Source: an uncultured Schumannella sp. (GTDB taxonomy: Bacteria > Actinomycetota > Actinomycetes > Actinomycetales > Microbacteriaceae). Taken from it: DNA of 64,000 bases. Shown one piece after another: positions 54,501-62,711 of the stretch. Both the position numbers and the translations under genes were made by a program. Within the stretch, counting starts at the first letter, position 1, and each line of letters opens with the position of its first letter. The stretch is taken from positions 7,844 through 71,843 of the forward strand of contig NZ_CAJQNT010000009.1 of the NCBI RefSeq assembly GCF_905479755.1. Direction: 5' to 3'. The notes beneath the pieces are model-generated. The model did no database searches. It was not told where the DNA came from and was given only the letters and a program-made list of their open reading frames with translations.

Positions 54501-56669
54501 ATGTACAAAAAGCTTTTCGCAACGTCTTTGGCGCTCGCCCTCGGCGCCGGCATCGTCGGCGTGGTCGCCGCCCCCGCGACCGCAACCGACTCCAACCAAC
54601 CCGCGTACTGGCAGACGCTTGAGGGCGAGGTGTGCGAAGACCCGGGGTACTCGACCGAGAATTCGGCGGCCAACCCTTACACGCTCCCCGAGGCCGACGA
54701 CGGCTGGCAGTGGTCCAAGGTGATCATCAAGGCCGGGAGCAGCAACGATGGCGGCCAGGTCAACGGCAGCTATCTCTACGACTCGGGCCTCGAGGCCGGC
54801 GAGACCTTCATGCACCCGGTCAAGGACTCGATCAGCCACGTGATCGTCTGTCAGATCCCCGCGGATGACCCTGAGGAGCCGCCGCTCGACCCCGAGGGCT
54901 GCGTCTTGGTCGCCTGGAAGATGCCCGGGTGGGTGAACTCGACCACTCCGACGTGGCCGCAGGCGTACTTCACCCAGGTCGGCACCTCGACGTGCGACCC
55001 GAGCGAGTTGTCGAAGCTCGACGACCACCTTCTGGAGACGTGCGATGCGTACTACCAGGTGGACCTCTACGACGTGAGTGCAACCACCACGTCGCTGATC
55101 GCCGGCAAGGTGCTTACGGGGCCGGGCAAGCCCGCGGAGGACTTCCCGTCGCCGTCGGGCTGGGACCTCACCTACAAGCTCGTCCAGGCGCCTGAGTGCC
55201 TCGACGAGGATGCCTCCGCCAGCGTCGTCGTCACGTCGGCGTCGTGCGGCGTACCGGGAACCGCGCAGTTCACGATCGAGAACGCGACGTGGAACTCGGA
55301 TGCGATCTCGACCGCCGGAACGCACTCGCGCACCGCGACGGCGAACGAGGGCCACGCCTTCGCCGGTGGCGAGACCACCAAGACCGTGAGCTACACCATC
55401 GAAGCGGCGCTGACCACGACGGAACCGCCGTGCGCCCCGCCCGCCCCGACCTTCACCGACTCGGTCTGCATCGAAGGCACCGGCGATGACACGGTCGGAT
55501 CCTTCACGCTCGCCGTGCTGGATGGCGTCACCTACCAGGCCAAGATCGGCGCCGCGAGCTACACCACGGTCGCGGCGGGAGTCGCGCACGAGGTGCCGTC
55601 CCCGGACGGCGCGACCACGGTGACGATCAAGGCCTACCGCGGTGCGACGCTCGTGGGCGAATGGTCGCACGTCTTCACGGAGCCGAACGAGGAGTGCCTG
55701 ACCGAGGTCACGCCCGTCGAGCCCGCGATCAGCCAGGCGGTCTGCACCGGAACGCCCGGCGAGGTCAGCACGGCGGGGTACACCCTCACCGCAGTGACCG
55801 GCGTCACCTACTTCGTCAAGGTCAACGGCGGCGACTGGACCGAAGCGACCAGCGGCAGCCTTCAGGTGCTCACCCCCGGTGATGTGCTCGACGTGAAGGC
55901 CGTCGGCGATTGGGACGCGGGCTACTACATCACGACGCCGGGCGAGAGCTCGAAGTCCTTCGGCCCGTACACGATCGACGACCCCGACTGCGGCGTCGAG
56001 ATCGTCGTCGGAGACCCCGTCTACTGGAACGACCTGTGTGACGAGATCAACGGCGGCGTGCTCGAGCAGGGCTTCGAGGTCGTCGCGGCCGACCACGTGA
56101 CCTACACGGTCTCGATCAACGGCGCCGATGCGACTCCGATCGACCCCGGCGTCTACGCGGCCGCACCCGGCGACTACGTCGTCGTGACGGCCCACCCCGA
56201 GGACGGCTACGTGCTCACGGGCACGGTGAGCTGGGATCACGCGTTCCAGACCGACGGGTTCTGCCCGCCGACGCTGGGTCTCGTGACGCCGACCGTCGCA
56301 ACGCAGCAGATGACCTGCGACGCCGACGGCTCGTACACGCTCGGCAACGAAGAGGGCACCCCCGATTCGATCCTGTGGAGCGTCAACGGCGGACCGGAGT
56401 TCACCACCGGCGGCACGTTCACCGTGTCCACGCCGGGCGCCGTGACGATCACGGCGATGCCGGCGGCCGGCGCGGGCTTCGCCGGTGAGGCGGAGCTGCC
56501 CTACACCTGGCACCTCGCGTTCGAGCGTCCGAGCGTGTGTGAGGATCTTCCGACCCTCGCGCTGACCGGTGGAACGATCGCGACCGGGTCGCTCGGACTC
56601 GCGGCGACGATGCTCTTCGCCGGCGGGCTGTTGATGTTCGCTCGCCGCAACTCCGCGACGCAGCGCTGA
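54501..56669 (+). CDS. LAXTG-anchored cell-wall surface protein, paralog 2
   Basis: Start ATG 54501 (MYKKLFATSLALALGAGIVGVVAAPATA). LALTG at 56556-56570, then TM and ARRNSATQR. The C-terminal ~250 aa is closely similar to paralog 3. Confidence 0.8.
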   Translation: MYKKLFATSLALALGAGIVGVVAAPATATDSNQPAYWQTLEGEVCEDPGYSTENSAANPYTLPEADDGWQWSKVIIKAGSSNDGGQVNGSYLYDSGLEAGETFMHPVKDSISHVIVCQIPADDPEEPPLDPEGCVLVAWKMPGWVNSTTPTWPQAYFTQVGTSTCDPSELSKLDDHLLETCDAYYQVDLYDVSATTTSLIAGKVLTGPGKPAEDFPSPSGWDLTYKLVQAPECLDEDASASVVVTSASCGVPGTAQFTIENATWNSDAISTAGTHSRTATANEGHAFAGGETTKTVSYTIEAALTTTEPPCAPPAPTFTDSVCIEGTGDDTVGSFTLAVLDGVTYQAKIGAASYTTVAAGVAHEVPSPDGATTVTIKAYRGATLVGEWSHVFTEPNEECLTEVTPVEPAISQAVCTGTPGEVSTAGYTLTAVTGVTYFVKVNGGDWTEATSGSLQVLTPGDVLDVKAVGDWDAGYYITTPGESSKSFGPYTIDDPDCGVEIVVGDPVYWNDLCDEINGGVLEQGFEVVAADHVTYTVSINGADATPIDPGVYAAAPGDYVVVTAHPEDGYVLTGTVSWDHAFQTDGFCPPTLGLVTPTVATQQMTCDADGSYTLGNEEGTPDSILWSVNGGPEFTTGGTFTVSTPGAVTITAMPAAGAGFAGEAELPYTWHLAFERPSVCEDLPTLALTGGTIATGSLGLAATMLFAGGLLMFARRNSATQR

Positions 56670-56674
56670 TTCGG

Positions 56675-56715
56675 CGTCGTGCGGCGCCCGCGCTGAGAAC
56701 GGGCGCCGCACGACG
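56675..56715 (+). terminator. 16-bp perfect hairpin after paralog 2
   Basis: CGTCGTGCGGCGCCCG-CGCTGAGAA-CGGGCGCCGCACGACG. Confidence 0.65.
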
Positions 56716-56740
56716 TGCGGCACGAATTGGGTATAACGCG

Positions 56741-56770
56741 TTGTCCTCCAAAGTGAGGACCTGCTAGCTT
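56741..56770 (+). promoter_or_regulatory. promoter-like TTGTCC-N18-TAGCTT upstream of paralog 3
   Basis: Sequence pattern only. The -10 fits the actinobacterial TANNNT consensus. Confidence 0.3.
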
Positions 56771-57032
56771 GGTGAAACTTCGTCGCGAAGAGCGCGTTCA
56801 CCCCCGGGCGCGTTGCCTCTCAGCCTTTGCGGCGTGGAAAGGTGTTGACCCGAGCCCTCACGTTCTGTCCCCCATGTGCTGAGGCCGCATCCCGAACTCG
56901 TGCGACCTCCTGCCCTCCCTCTTCTCCGGCATCCCCCGCCGGACACCGGTGCTTCGTCGCCGTGCGCTTCCGTCGTGAAGCCGCCGCGAGCGGGTGCCGC
57001 GGCAGCCCCCCTCTCAGCAAGGAAAATCCCCC

Positions 57033-59213
57033 ATGTTCAAGAAGATTCTCGCCGGCGTCGGCGCGTTGGCGATCGCGGCGGGCATTGTTGCCGTGGTTGC
57101 CGGCCCCAGCGTCGCGCACCACAACACGATCAGCGCGAGCGTCGTCTGCGATACCAGCAGCGGCGCGACCTACAAGGTCACCTGGACGATCGAAAACTCG
57201 GAGAGCGGCAGGTCCGAGACGATCATCGAGTCCAGTGACACCAGTCTCGTCCCCGTCGGCACCGTGATCGGGGCCGGCGGCACGCTCGTCGTCACCGAGT
57301 ACATGACCGAGGCGGTCGAGAAGAAGCTCGAACTCACGGCGCGTTGGAGCAACGGCTACGAGAAGAAGAACTACGAGACGATCAAGCCGGCGTACGACTT
57401 CCCCGAGTGCGCGCCGACGGAGATCATTCCCACGGCCCCGACGGTGGAGCTGTCGCGTTGCGTGGACTACAGCCCGACCAATGGGACGTACACGATCCCG
57501 ACCACGGCGGGTGTCGTCTACCAGGTGTCTCTCAACGGCGGAGCCTTCGCGAACGCCGCCGCGGGCGAGGTGACACCGGCGACGGGCTCGACTGTGTCGA
57601 TTCAGGCAATCCTGGACCCGAGCTACGACTCGACCCGGTACGTGCTCGGCGGAACCACCGCGTGGGGGCCTTACACCTTCAGTGCCGCCGACTGCGATGA
57701 CCCGGAGCCGGTCACGCCGGTCTTCGTGAACGAACAGTGCACGGGCGTCACCGACGGCGACCGGACGCAGGCCTCGTACCAGATCGCGGCGACCTCGGGC
57801 GTGACCTACCAGGTCCTCGAGGACAGCACCTGGAAGAACGTTTCGGCGGGAACATACGACGTGAACCCGACCGAGTCGTCGTCGGTCACCGTGCAGCTGC
57901 GGGCGATCAAGACCGCGACGAGCGCGGTGCTCGCGAGCTGGCAGCACACCTTCGAGTACGCGGGTGACTGCGTCATCGTCGTGACCCCGGTCACCCCGAC
58001 GTTCATCGACGAGGAATGCACGGGCGTCACCCCGGGTGAGCGCACCCAGGCCCGCTACACGATCACCGCCGCCTCGGGCGTGACCTACCAACTGTTCTCC
58101 GGCGGCACGTGGACGGACGTTGCGGCGGGCACCGTCAATGTGAACCCCACCTCGACGGACATCACCGTCACGCTGCGGGCGCTCAAGACCGTGACCGGCG
58201 CCGTGCTGGAGAGCTGGGAGCACACCTTCTCGAGCGCGGGCGACTGCATCATCGAGGTCACCCCGGTCGACCCGACGATCACGCAGGTGCTGTGTGACGA
58301 GTCGACGCCGGGCGCGCAGACCGAGGGCGGCTACACGATCCCCGAAACCGAGCACGTGACCTACCTCGTGCGAATCGGTGACGGCGTCGCTGCCGAGGTC
58401 GCCGCGGGCTTCCACGCGGTCCCGGCAGGAACCACCTTCACGGTGATCGCGGTCGCCGACGGCGCGGGCTACTCCCTGCCGGGCGAGGTCGACCGCATCG
58501 TGCTCGGCGAGTACACGATGGCCGACCCCGACTGCCTCACCGATGTCTCGGTTCCGGGTGTCCCGGTGACGTGGGACGACCTCTGCGATGAGGTCAACGG
58601 CGGCGTGCTCGACCAGGGCTACACCGTCGTCGCGGCCGACCACGTGACGTACAAGGTGTCGATCGACGGTGCCACTCCGACTCCGATCGCGCCGGGCACC
58701 TACTCGGCGACCCCGGGCAGCCACGTGGAGATCACGGCCTACGCGGACGCGGGCTACCGGTTGACGGGAACCTCGAGCTGGGAGCACGCCTTCCAGACCG
58801 ATGGGTTCTGCCCGCCGACGCTCGGCGTCGTGACGCCGACCGTCACGTTCCAGCAGATTGACTGCTCCACCGGCGGCTCGTACACCCTCGGCAACGAGGA
58901 GGGCGAGGCGGACGCCATCGTGTGGACCGTGAATGGCGGGTCGCCGTTCACGACCGGCGGCACCTTCACGGTGTCCGCGGAAGGCACCGTCACCATCACG
59001 GCGACTCCGGCCGTCGGTGCCGGATTCACGGGAGACCGTGAACTTCCCTACACCTGGACGTTCACCTTCGCGACGCCCTCCACGTGCGGTGACCTTCCCA
59101 CCCTGGCGCTGACCGGCGCGGTCGCGGCGGGATCCCTGGGTCTCGCGGCGACGCTCCTGCTCGCGGGTGCCGTCCTTCTCGCGGCACGTCGCCGGGCACA
59201 CGCCACGCGCTAG
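57033..59213 (+). CDS. LAXTG-anchored cell-wall surface protein, paralog 3
   Basis: Start ATG 57033 (MFKKILAGVGALAIAAGIVAVVAGPSVA). LALTG at 59103-59117, then TM and ARRRAHATR. About seven Cys-bracketed modules. Confidence 0.8.
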   Translation: MFKKILAGVGALAIAAGIVAVVAGPSVAHHNTISASVVCDTSSGATYKVTWTIENSESGRSETIIESSDTSLVPVGTVIGAGGTLVVTEYMTEAVEKKLELTARWSNGYEKKNYETIKPAYDFPECAPTEIIPTAPTVELSRCVDYSPTNGTYTIPTTAGVVYQVSLNGGAFANAAAGEVTPATGSTVSIQAILDPSYDSTRYVLGGTTAWGPYTFSAADCDDPEPVTPVFVNEQCTGVTDGDRTQASYQIAATSGVTYQVLEDSTWKNVSAGTYDVNPTESSSVTVQLRAIKTATSAVLASWQHTFEYAGDCVIVVTPVTPTFIDEECTGVTPGERTQARYTITAASGVTYQLFSGGTWTDVAAGTVNVNPTSTDITVTLRALKTVTGAVLESWEHTFSSAGDCIIEVTPVDPTITQVLCDESTPGAQTEGGYTIPETEHVTYLVRIGDGVAAEVAAGFHAVPAGTTFTVIAVADGAGYSLPGEVDRIVLGEYTMADPDCLTDVSVPGVPVTWDDLCDEVNGGVLDQGYTVVAADHVTYKVSIDGATPTPIAPGTYSATPGSHVEITAYADAGYRLTGTSSWEHAFQTDGFCPPTLGVVTPTVTFQQIDCSTGGSYTLGNEEGEADAIVWTVNGGSPFTTGGTFTVSAEGTVTITATPAVGAGFTGDRELPYTWTFTFATPSTCGDLPTLALTGAVAAGSLGLAATLLLAGAVLLAARRRAHATR
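57690..58535 (+). repeat. in-frame tandem repeat, three units of exactly 276 nt (92 aa) then one of 288 nt, inside paralog 3
   Basis: The GAC-TGC (Asp-Cys) module boundary codons recur at 57690, 57966, 58242 and 58530. The units align as ...C-x15/16-C-TGVT(D/P)G(D/E)RTQA-Y-I-A-SGVTYQ.... Confidence 0.7.
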
Positions 59214-59227
59214 GGACACAACTCGGC

Positions 59228-59263
59228 CCCTGCCTCTCGAGAGCTGAGACTCGAGGGGCAGGG
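59228..59263 (+). terminator. hairpin after paralog 3 (one mismatch)
   Basis: CCCTGCCTCTCGAG-AGCTGAGA-CTCGAGGGGCAGGG. Confidence 0.55.
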
Positions 59264-59280
59264 TGTCCGATTCACGTGAC

Positions 59281-59310
59281 GGGGCCCCGCGGGACAGACC
59301 GCGGGGCCCC
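59281..59310. terminator. second, perfect 12-bp GC hairpin
   Basis: GGGGCCCCGCGG-GACAGA-CCGCGGGGCCCC. Confidence 0.45.
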
Positions 59311-59490
59311 GCGGCATGACGGGCCCACCGCCAGAGGGCCCGCATAGCATGCTGAGTCCTCGCATCCTGAAACTATCGTGTTTCTTCCGGGTATTCCGTT
59401 GACGGAATGCAATTCGTGGAGGACGCTGGAACCAGACCTGAATGCTCGGGCCCGTTGTGGTTCGAGACACACCCGTGGGAGGGAATCATC

Positions 59491-59799
59491 GTGAAAGGCA
59501 AGATCCTTTTCGTCGCCGGACTGGGTGTCGGCTACCTGCTGGGAACCCGAGCGGGACATGAGCGCTACGAGCAGATCAAGGCGACCGCGTCGAAGTTCTG
59601 GAACGACCCGCGCGTGCAGCGCCAGGTCGACACCGTCGAGACCTTCGTGAAGGACAAGGCCCCCGACGTGGCCGAGTTCGTGTCGGAGAACGCCAAGAAG
59701 GTGGTCTCGCAGGTTTCCGCCAAGAAGCCCGCGACGTCGACCGCCAAGAAGCCGGCGTCGTCGACCTCCTCGTCGAAGTCGACCGCCAAGTCGAGCTAG
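59491..59799 (+). CDS. YtxH-like small membrane-associated protein
   Basis: GTG 59491 with SD GGGAGGGA. VKGKILFVAGLGVGYLLGTRAGHERYEQIK..., with a Lys/Ser/Thr-rich tail. Confidence 0.6.
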   Translation: MKGKILFVAGLGVGYLLGTRAGHERYEQIKATASKFWNDPRVQRQVDTVETFVKDKAPDVAEFVSENAKKVVSQVSAKKPATSTAKKPASSTSSSKSTAKSS

Positions 59800-59822
59800 G
59801 CGCCGCGGCGCCGGGAGACATC

Positions 59823-60242
59823 ATGACGGAATCCCGTACTCGACCCCCGCGTCGGGGCCTTTTCGCGCTGGTCGCCGATCTGCCGGATCAGGTGACCGCG
59901 CTCGTTCAGCGTGAGATCGACCTCGTCAAGACGGAGTTGATCGCCAAGTTCAAGGCGCTCGGCGTCGGCGCCGGGTTGATCGCGGGAGCGGCGCTCGTGC
60001 TGCTCGCGATGCTCGGCGTCCTGCTGACGGCGGCCATTCTGGCGCTGTCGCTCGTGATGCCGGGCTGGCTCGCCGCGCTCCTCGTGGCGCTGGTGCTACT
60101 CATCATCGCCGCGATCGTCGGGTTCATCGGCTACCGCGTGCTGATGCGCGGCGTTCCGCCGCTGCCGACGGAGTCGATCGAGAGCTGGAAGCGCGACCTC
60201 AGAGCCATTCAAGGAATCGGAAAGCGAGGCACCACCCCATGA
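59823..60242 (+). CDS. actinobacterial holin-X (holin superfamily III-like) membrane protein
   Basis: 139 aa with two long hydrophobic helices after LVQREIDLVKTELIAKFK. Confidence 0.6.
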   Translation: MTESRTRPPRRGLFALVADLPDQVTALVQREIDLVKTELIAKFKALGVGAGLIAGAALVLLAMLGVLLTAAILALSLVMPGWLAALLVALVLLIIAAIVGFIGYRVLMRGVPPLPTESIESWKRDLRAIQGIGKRGTTP

Positions 60243-60466
60243 GCATGACCGACGCAAAAGCAGCCGCAGCCAAGGCCCGCCACGATCTGGCGGCGACGCT
60301 GGACGCCATCGAAGACCGCGTCAACGTCCCCAAGCGGGTCGGAGACCTGAGCGACAAGGCGGTCGCCGCCTACAAGTCGAATCCGGTCCCCTGGATCATC
60401 GGCGGCGCGGCCGTCGCCGTGATCGCCGTCGGTCTTGTCGCCTGGGCGATCTTCAGCGACGACTGA
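60239..60466 (+). CDS. DUF3618-like small membrane protein
   Basis: 75 aa. ARHDLAATLDAIEDRVNVPKRV plus a C-terminal TM. 4-nt overlap with the preceding gene. Confidence 0.6.
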   Translation: MSMTDAKAAAAKARHDLAATLDAIEDRVNVPKRVGDLSDKAVAAYKSNPVPWIIGGAAVAVIAVGLVAWAIFSDD

Positions 60467-60506
60467 TCGATTCGCGTCGGCGGGGCGCGCGCGGGAGGAT
60501 GGGCGA

Positions 60507-61265
60507 GTGAACTCCTCCGGAGAACTGAGCAGATGGCGCGTGCTCGTGCCGCGCGGCGGCAAGTGGGGCGACGGTGTCGCCGCCACCGTGCGCGCCCACG
60601 GCGCCATTGCGGTGATCGCGCCGCTCGTGAACTTCGCGAGCGTCGAGCGCCCCGAGGCCCTCGCCGCGGAGCTTCGTCGGCTCGAGGCGGGCGAGTTCGA
60701 TTGGCTCGTCGTGTCGAGCGCCACCACCGTGGACGTCTTCGTGAGCCACGGCATCCGGCTGCCCGAGTCCACTCGGGTCGCCGCGGTCGGTGAGACGACC
60801 GCGCAGGCCCTCACGATCGCCGGCTATCACGTCGACTTCGTCCCGCAGAGCGACAACTCGGCCCGCGGGCTCGTGGCCGAATGGCCCGTCGCCGACGTGC
60901 GCGGCCGGGCGCTCGTGCCGCAGTCGGACGCAAGCGACCCCACCCTCGTCGCGGGACTCGCGCGACTCAACTTCGACGCGACCTTCGTCTCGGCCTATCG
61001 GACGGTCGGTGTGCCCGTCGCGCCGAACGTGGCGTCCGACGTGGCGAGCGGTCGGATCCGCGCGGTCCTCGTCACCTCGGGAAGCGTGGCGCGCCAGATC
61101 GCCGAACAGCTCGCGCCGCTCCCCGACTCGGTGATCGTCGCGTGCATCGGACCGCGGACCGCCTTCGACACGCGCGCGGCCGGTCTGCCCGTCCACGTGA
61201 TCGCCGAAGAGAAGTCCGCCGAGTCGATGCTCGACGCCCTCGAAGAGTACGTCCGCGGCAGCTGA
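60507..61265 (+). CDS. hemD: uroporphyrinogen-III synthase
   Basis: GTG 60507 after SD GGGAGGA. WRVLVPRGG...FDWLVVSSATTVDVF...AVGETTA...VLVTSGSVARQ. Confidence 0.75.
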   Translation: MNSSGELSRWRVLVPRGGKWGDGVAATVRAHGAIAVIAPLVNFASVERPEALAAELRRLEAGEFDWLVVSSATTVDVFVSHGIRLPESTRVAAVGETTAQALTIAGYHVDFVPQSDNSARGLVAEWPVADVRGRALVPQSDASDPTLVAGLARLNFDATFVSAYRTVGVPVAPNVASDVASGRIRAVLVTSGSVARQIAEQLAPLPDSVIVACIGPRTAFDTRAAGLPVHVIAEEKSAESMLDALEEYVRGS

Positions 61266-61268
61266 GCC

Positions 61269-61688
61269 TCAGCCGAGCGCCGCGAGGCCGAACAGCGCCA
61301 GCGCCAGCAGGGGAGACGCTCCCTGGATGGCGGCGGCGCGCCAGAGCCGCGGCTGCGAGACCACCAGGACGAGCGCCGCAAGCGCCATCGAGAGCGCCGC
61401 GAACACCGTGATGGCCAGGCCCGCGTCGGCGAGATCCGGCATCGCGAGCATCACCAGTCCGGTGGCGACACCGAGGGCGAGGAACAGATTGTAGAAGCCC
61501 TGGTTGAAGGCCATCGGGCGGATCGCGGCGGCGGCCTCGTCGCTGCGGACACCGAACATCCGGCGCACCGCGGGACGCATCCAGAGCACGCTTTCGAGCA
61601 CGAAGATCGCGGCATGGATCGCCGCGGCGACTCCGGCGACGACCGCGCCGGCGACGAGGACGCCGTCGAAGGGGAGCGGATCCGTCAT
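61269..61688 (-). CDS. DUF1304 family membrane protein
   Basis: AAIHAAIFVLESVLW...FNQGFYNLFLALG. Confidence 0.7.
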   Translation of the reverse strand: MTDPLPFDGVLVAGAVVAGVAAAIHAAIFVLESVLWMRPAVRRMFGVRSDEAAAAIRPMAFNQGFYNLFLALGVATGLVMLAMPDLADAGLAITVFAALSMALAALVLVVSQPRLWRAAAIQGASPLLALALFGLAALG

Positions 61689-61712
61689 GGCGTCAGTCTG
61701 GCACGCGGCGGT

Positions 61713-62711
61713 TCAGCGCCGCACGTCGACGACGAGCCGGCCGCGGACGCCGCCGTCGAAGAACCGTGCGGCGGCCGAGATGGCGTCGCTCAGTGCGAGC
61801 TCTTCGGTCACCGAATCCAGGGCGTCCAGGTCCAGGTCGCGGTCGAGGCGCTCCCAGGCCGCCACCCGCACCGCGTGCGGCGGCTTGACGGAGTTGATCC
61901 CGGCGAGCGTCACGCCGCGCAGAATGAACGGCATGACGGTCGTCGACAGCTGCGCATCGGCGGCGTTGCCGCAGGCGGCGACGATCCCGTCGGGGCGCGT
62001 CTGCGCAAGCACGTTGGCGAGGATGTCGCCCCCGACGGCGTCGATCGCGCCATCCCAGCGCGCCGACTGCAGCGGCTTTCCCGGCTCCGAGAGCTCCCCG
62101 CGGTCGAGAATGCCGGACGCGCCCAGCGCGCGAAGCTCCTCGCCGAGCTCGGGGCGCCCGGTGACCGCGGTCATCCGCCAGCCCGCCGCGCGGCCGAGCA
62201 GCAGCGCGACGGTGCCGACACCGCCCGTGGCCCCGGTGACCACCACCTCGGCGCCCGCGCCGAGACCCGCAGCAACGAGACGGTTGACGCACAGCGCCGC
62301 GGTGTAGCCGGCCGTGCCGATCGCCGCGGCCTGGCGGGTCGTCATCCGCTCGGGCACGCGGATGCCCCAGGCGCCATCGATCCGGGCCTGCTCGGCCAGT
62401 CCCCCGGGTTCCGTCTCGCCGAGGCCGTAGCCGTTGACGGCGATGCGGTCACCGGCTCGCCACCGGCTCGACGCCGACTCGCGCACGACGCCGACGAGGT
62501 CGATGCCCGCCGTCAGGTCATCGGCGCGCACGACGCCGGGCCGGCCGGTGAGCGCGAGCGCGTCCTTGAAGTTCAGGCTCGAGAACTCGATGTCGACGAG
62601 CGCGTCGCCCGGGGCGGGCGCCCCGGCGGGCTCATCGACCTCGACGAGAGCGACCCCGTTTCGTGCGCCGCGCTCGGCGGCACGCGTCACGCGGATCGCG
62701 CGGAAACTCAT
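61713..62711 (-). CDS. NADPH:quinone/acrylyl-CoA reductase (YhdH/AcuI family MDR)
   Basis: Start ATG 62711 (MSFRAIRV...) overlaps the pfk stop (ATGA). SSLNFKDALALTGRPGVV...VVVTGATGGVG. Confidence 0.8.
   Translation of the reverse strand: MSFRAIRVTRAAERGARNGVALVEVDEPAGAPAPGDALVDIEFSSLNFKDALALTGRPGVVRADDLTAGIDLVGVVRESASSRWRAGDRIAVNGYGLGETEPGGLAEQARIDGAWGIRVPERMTTRQAAAIGTAGYTAALCVNRLVAAGLGAGAEVVVTGATGGVGTVALLLGRAAGWRMTAVTGRPELGEELRALGASGILDRGELSEPGKPLQSARWDGAIDAVGGDILANVLAQTRPDGIVAACGNAADAQLSTTVMPFILRGVTLAGINSVKPPHAVRVAAWERLDRDLDLDALDSVTEELALSDAISAAARFFDGGVRGRLVVDVRR

Noticed and set aside
54372-59345. 809-aa and 841-aa minus-strand ORFs (54372..56801, 56820..59345) antisense to the surface-protein paralogs
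   Set aside because: The plus-strand frames have signal peptides, sorting signals and repeat structure. The minus-strand products are Arg/Gly/Asp junk and span intergenic terminators.
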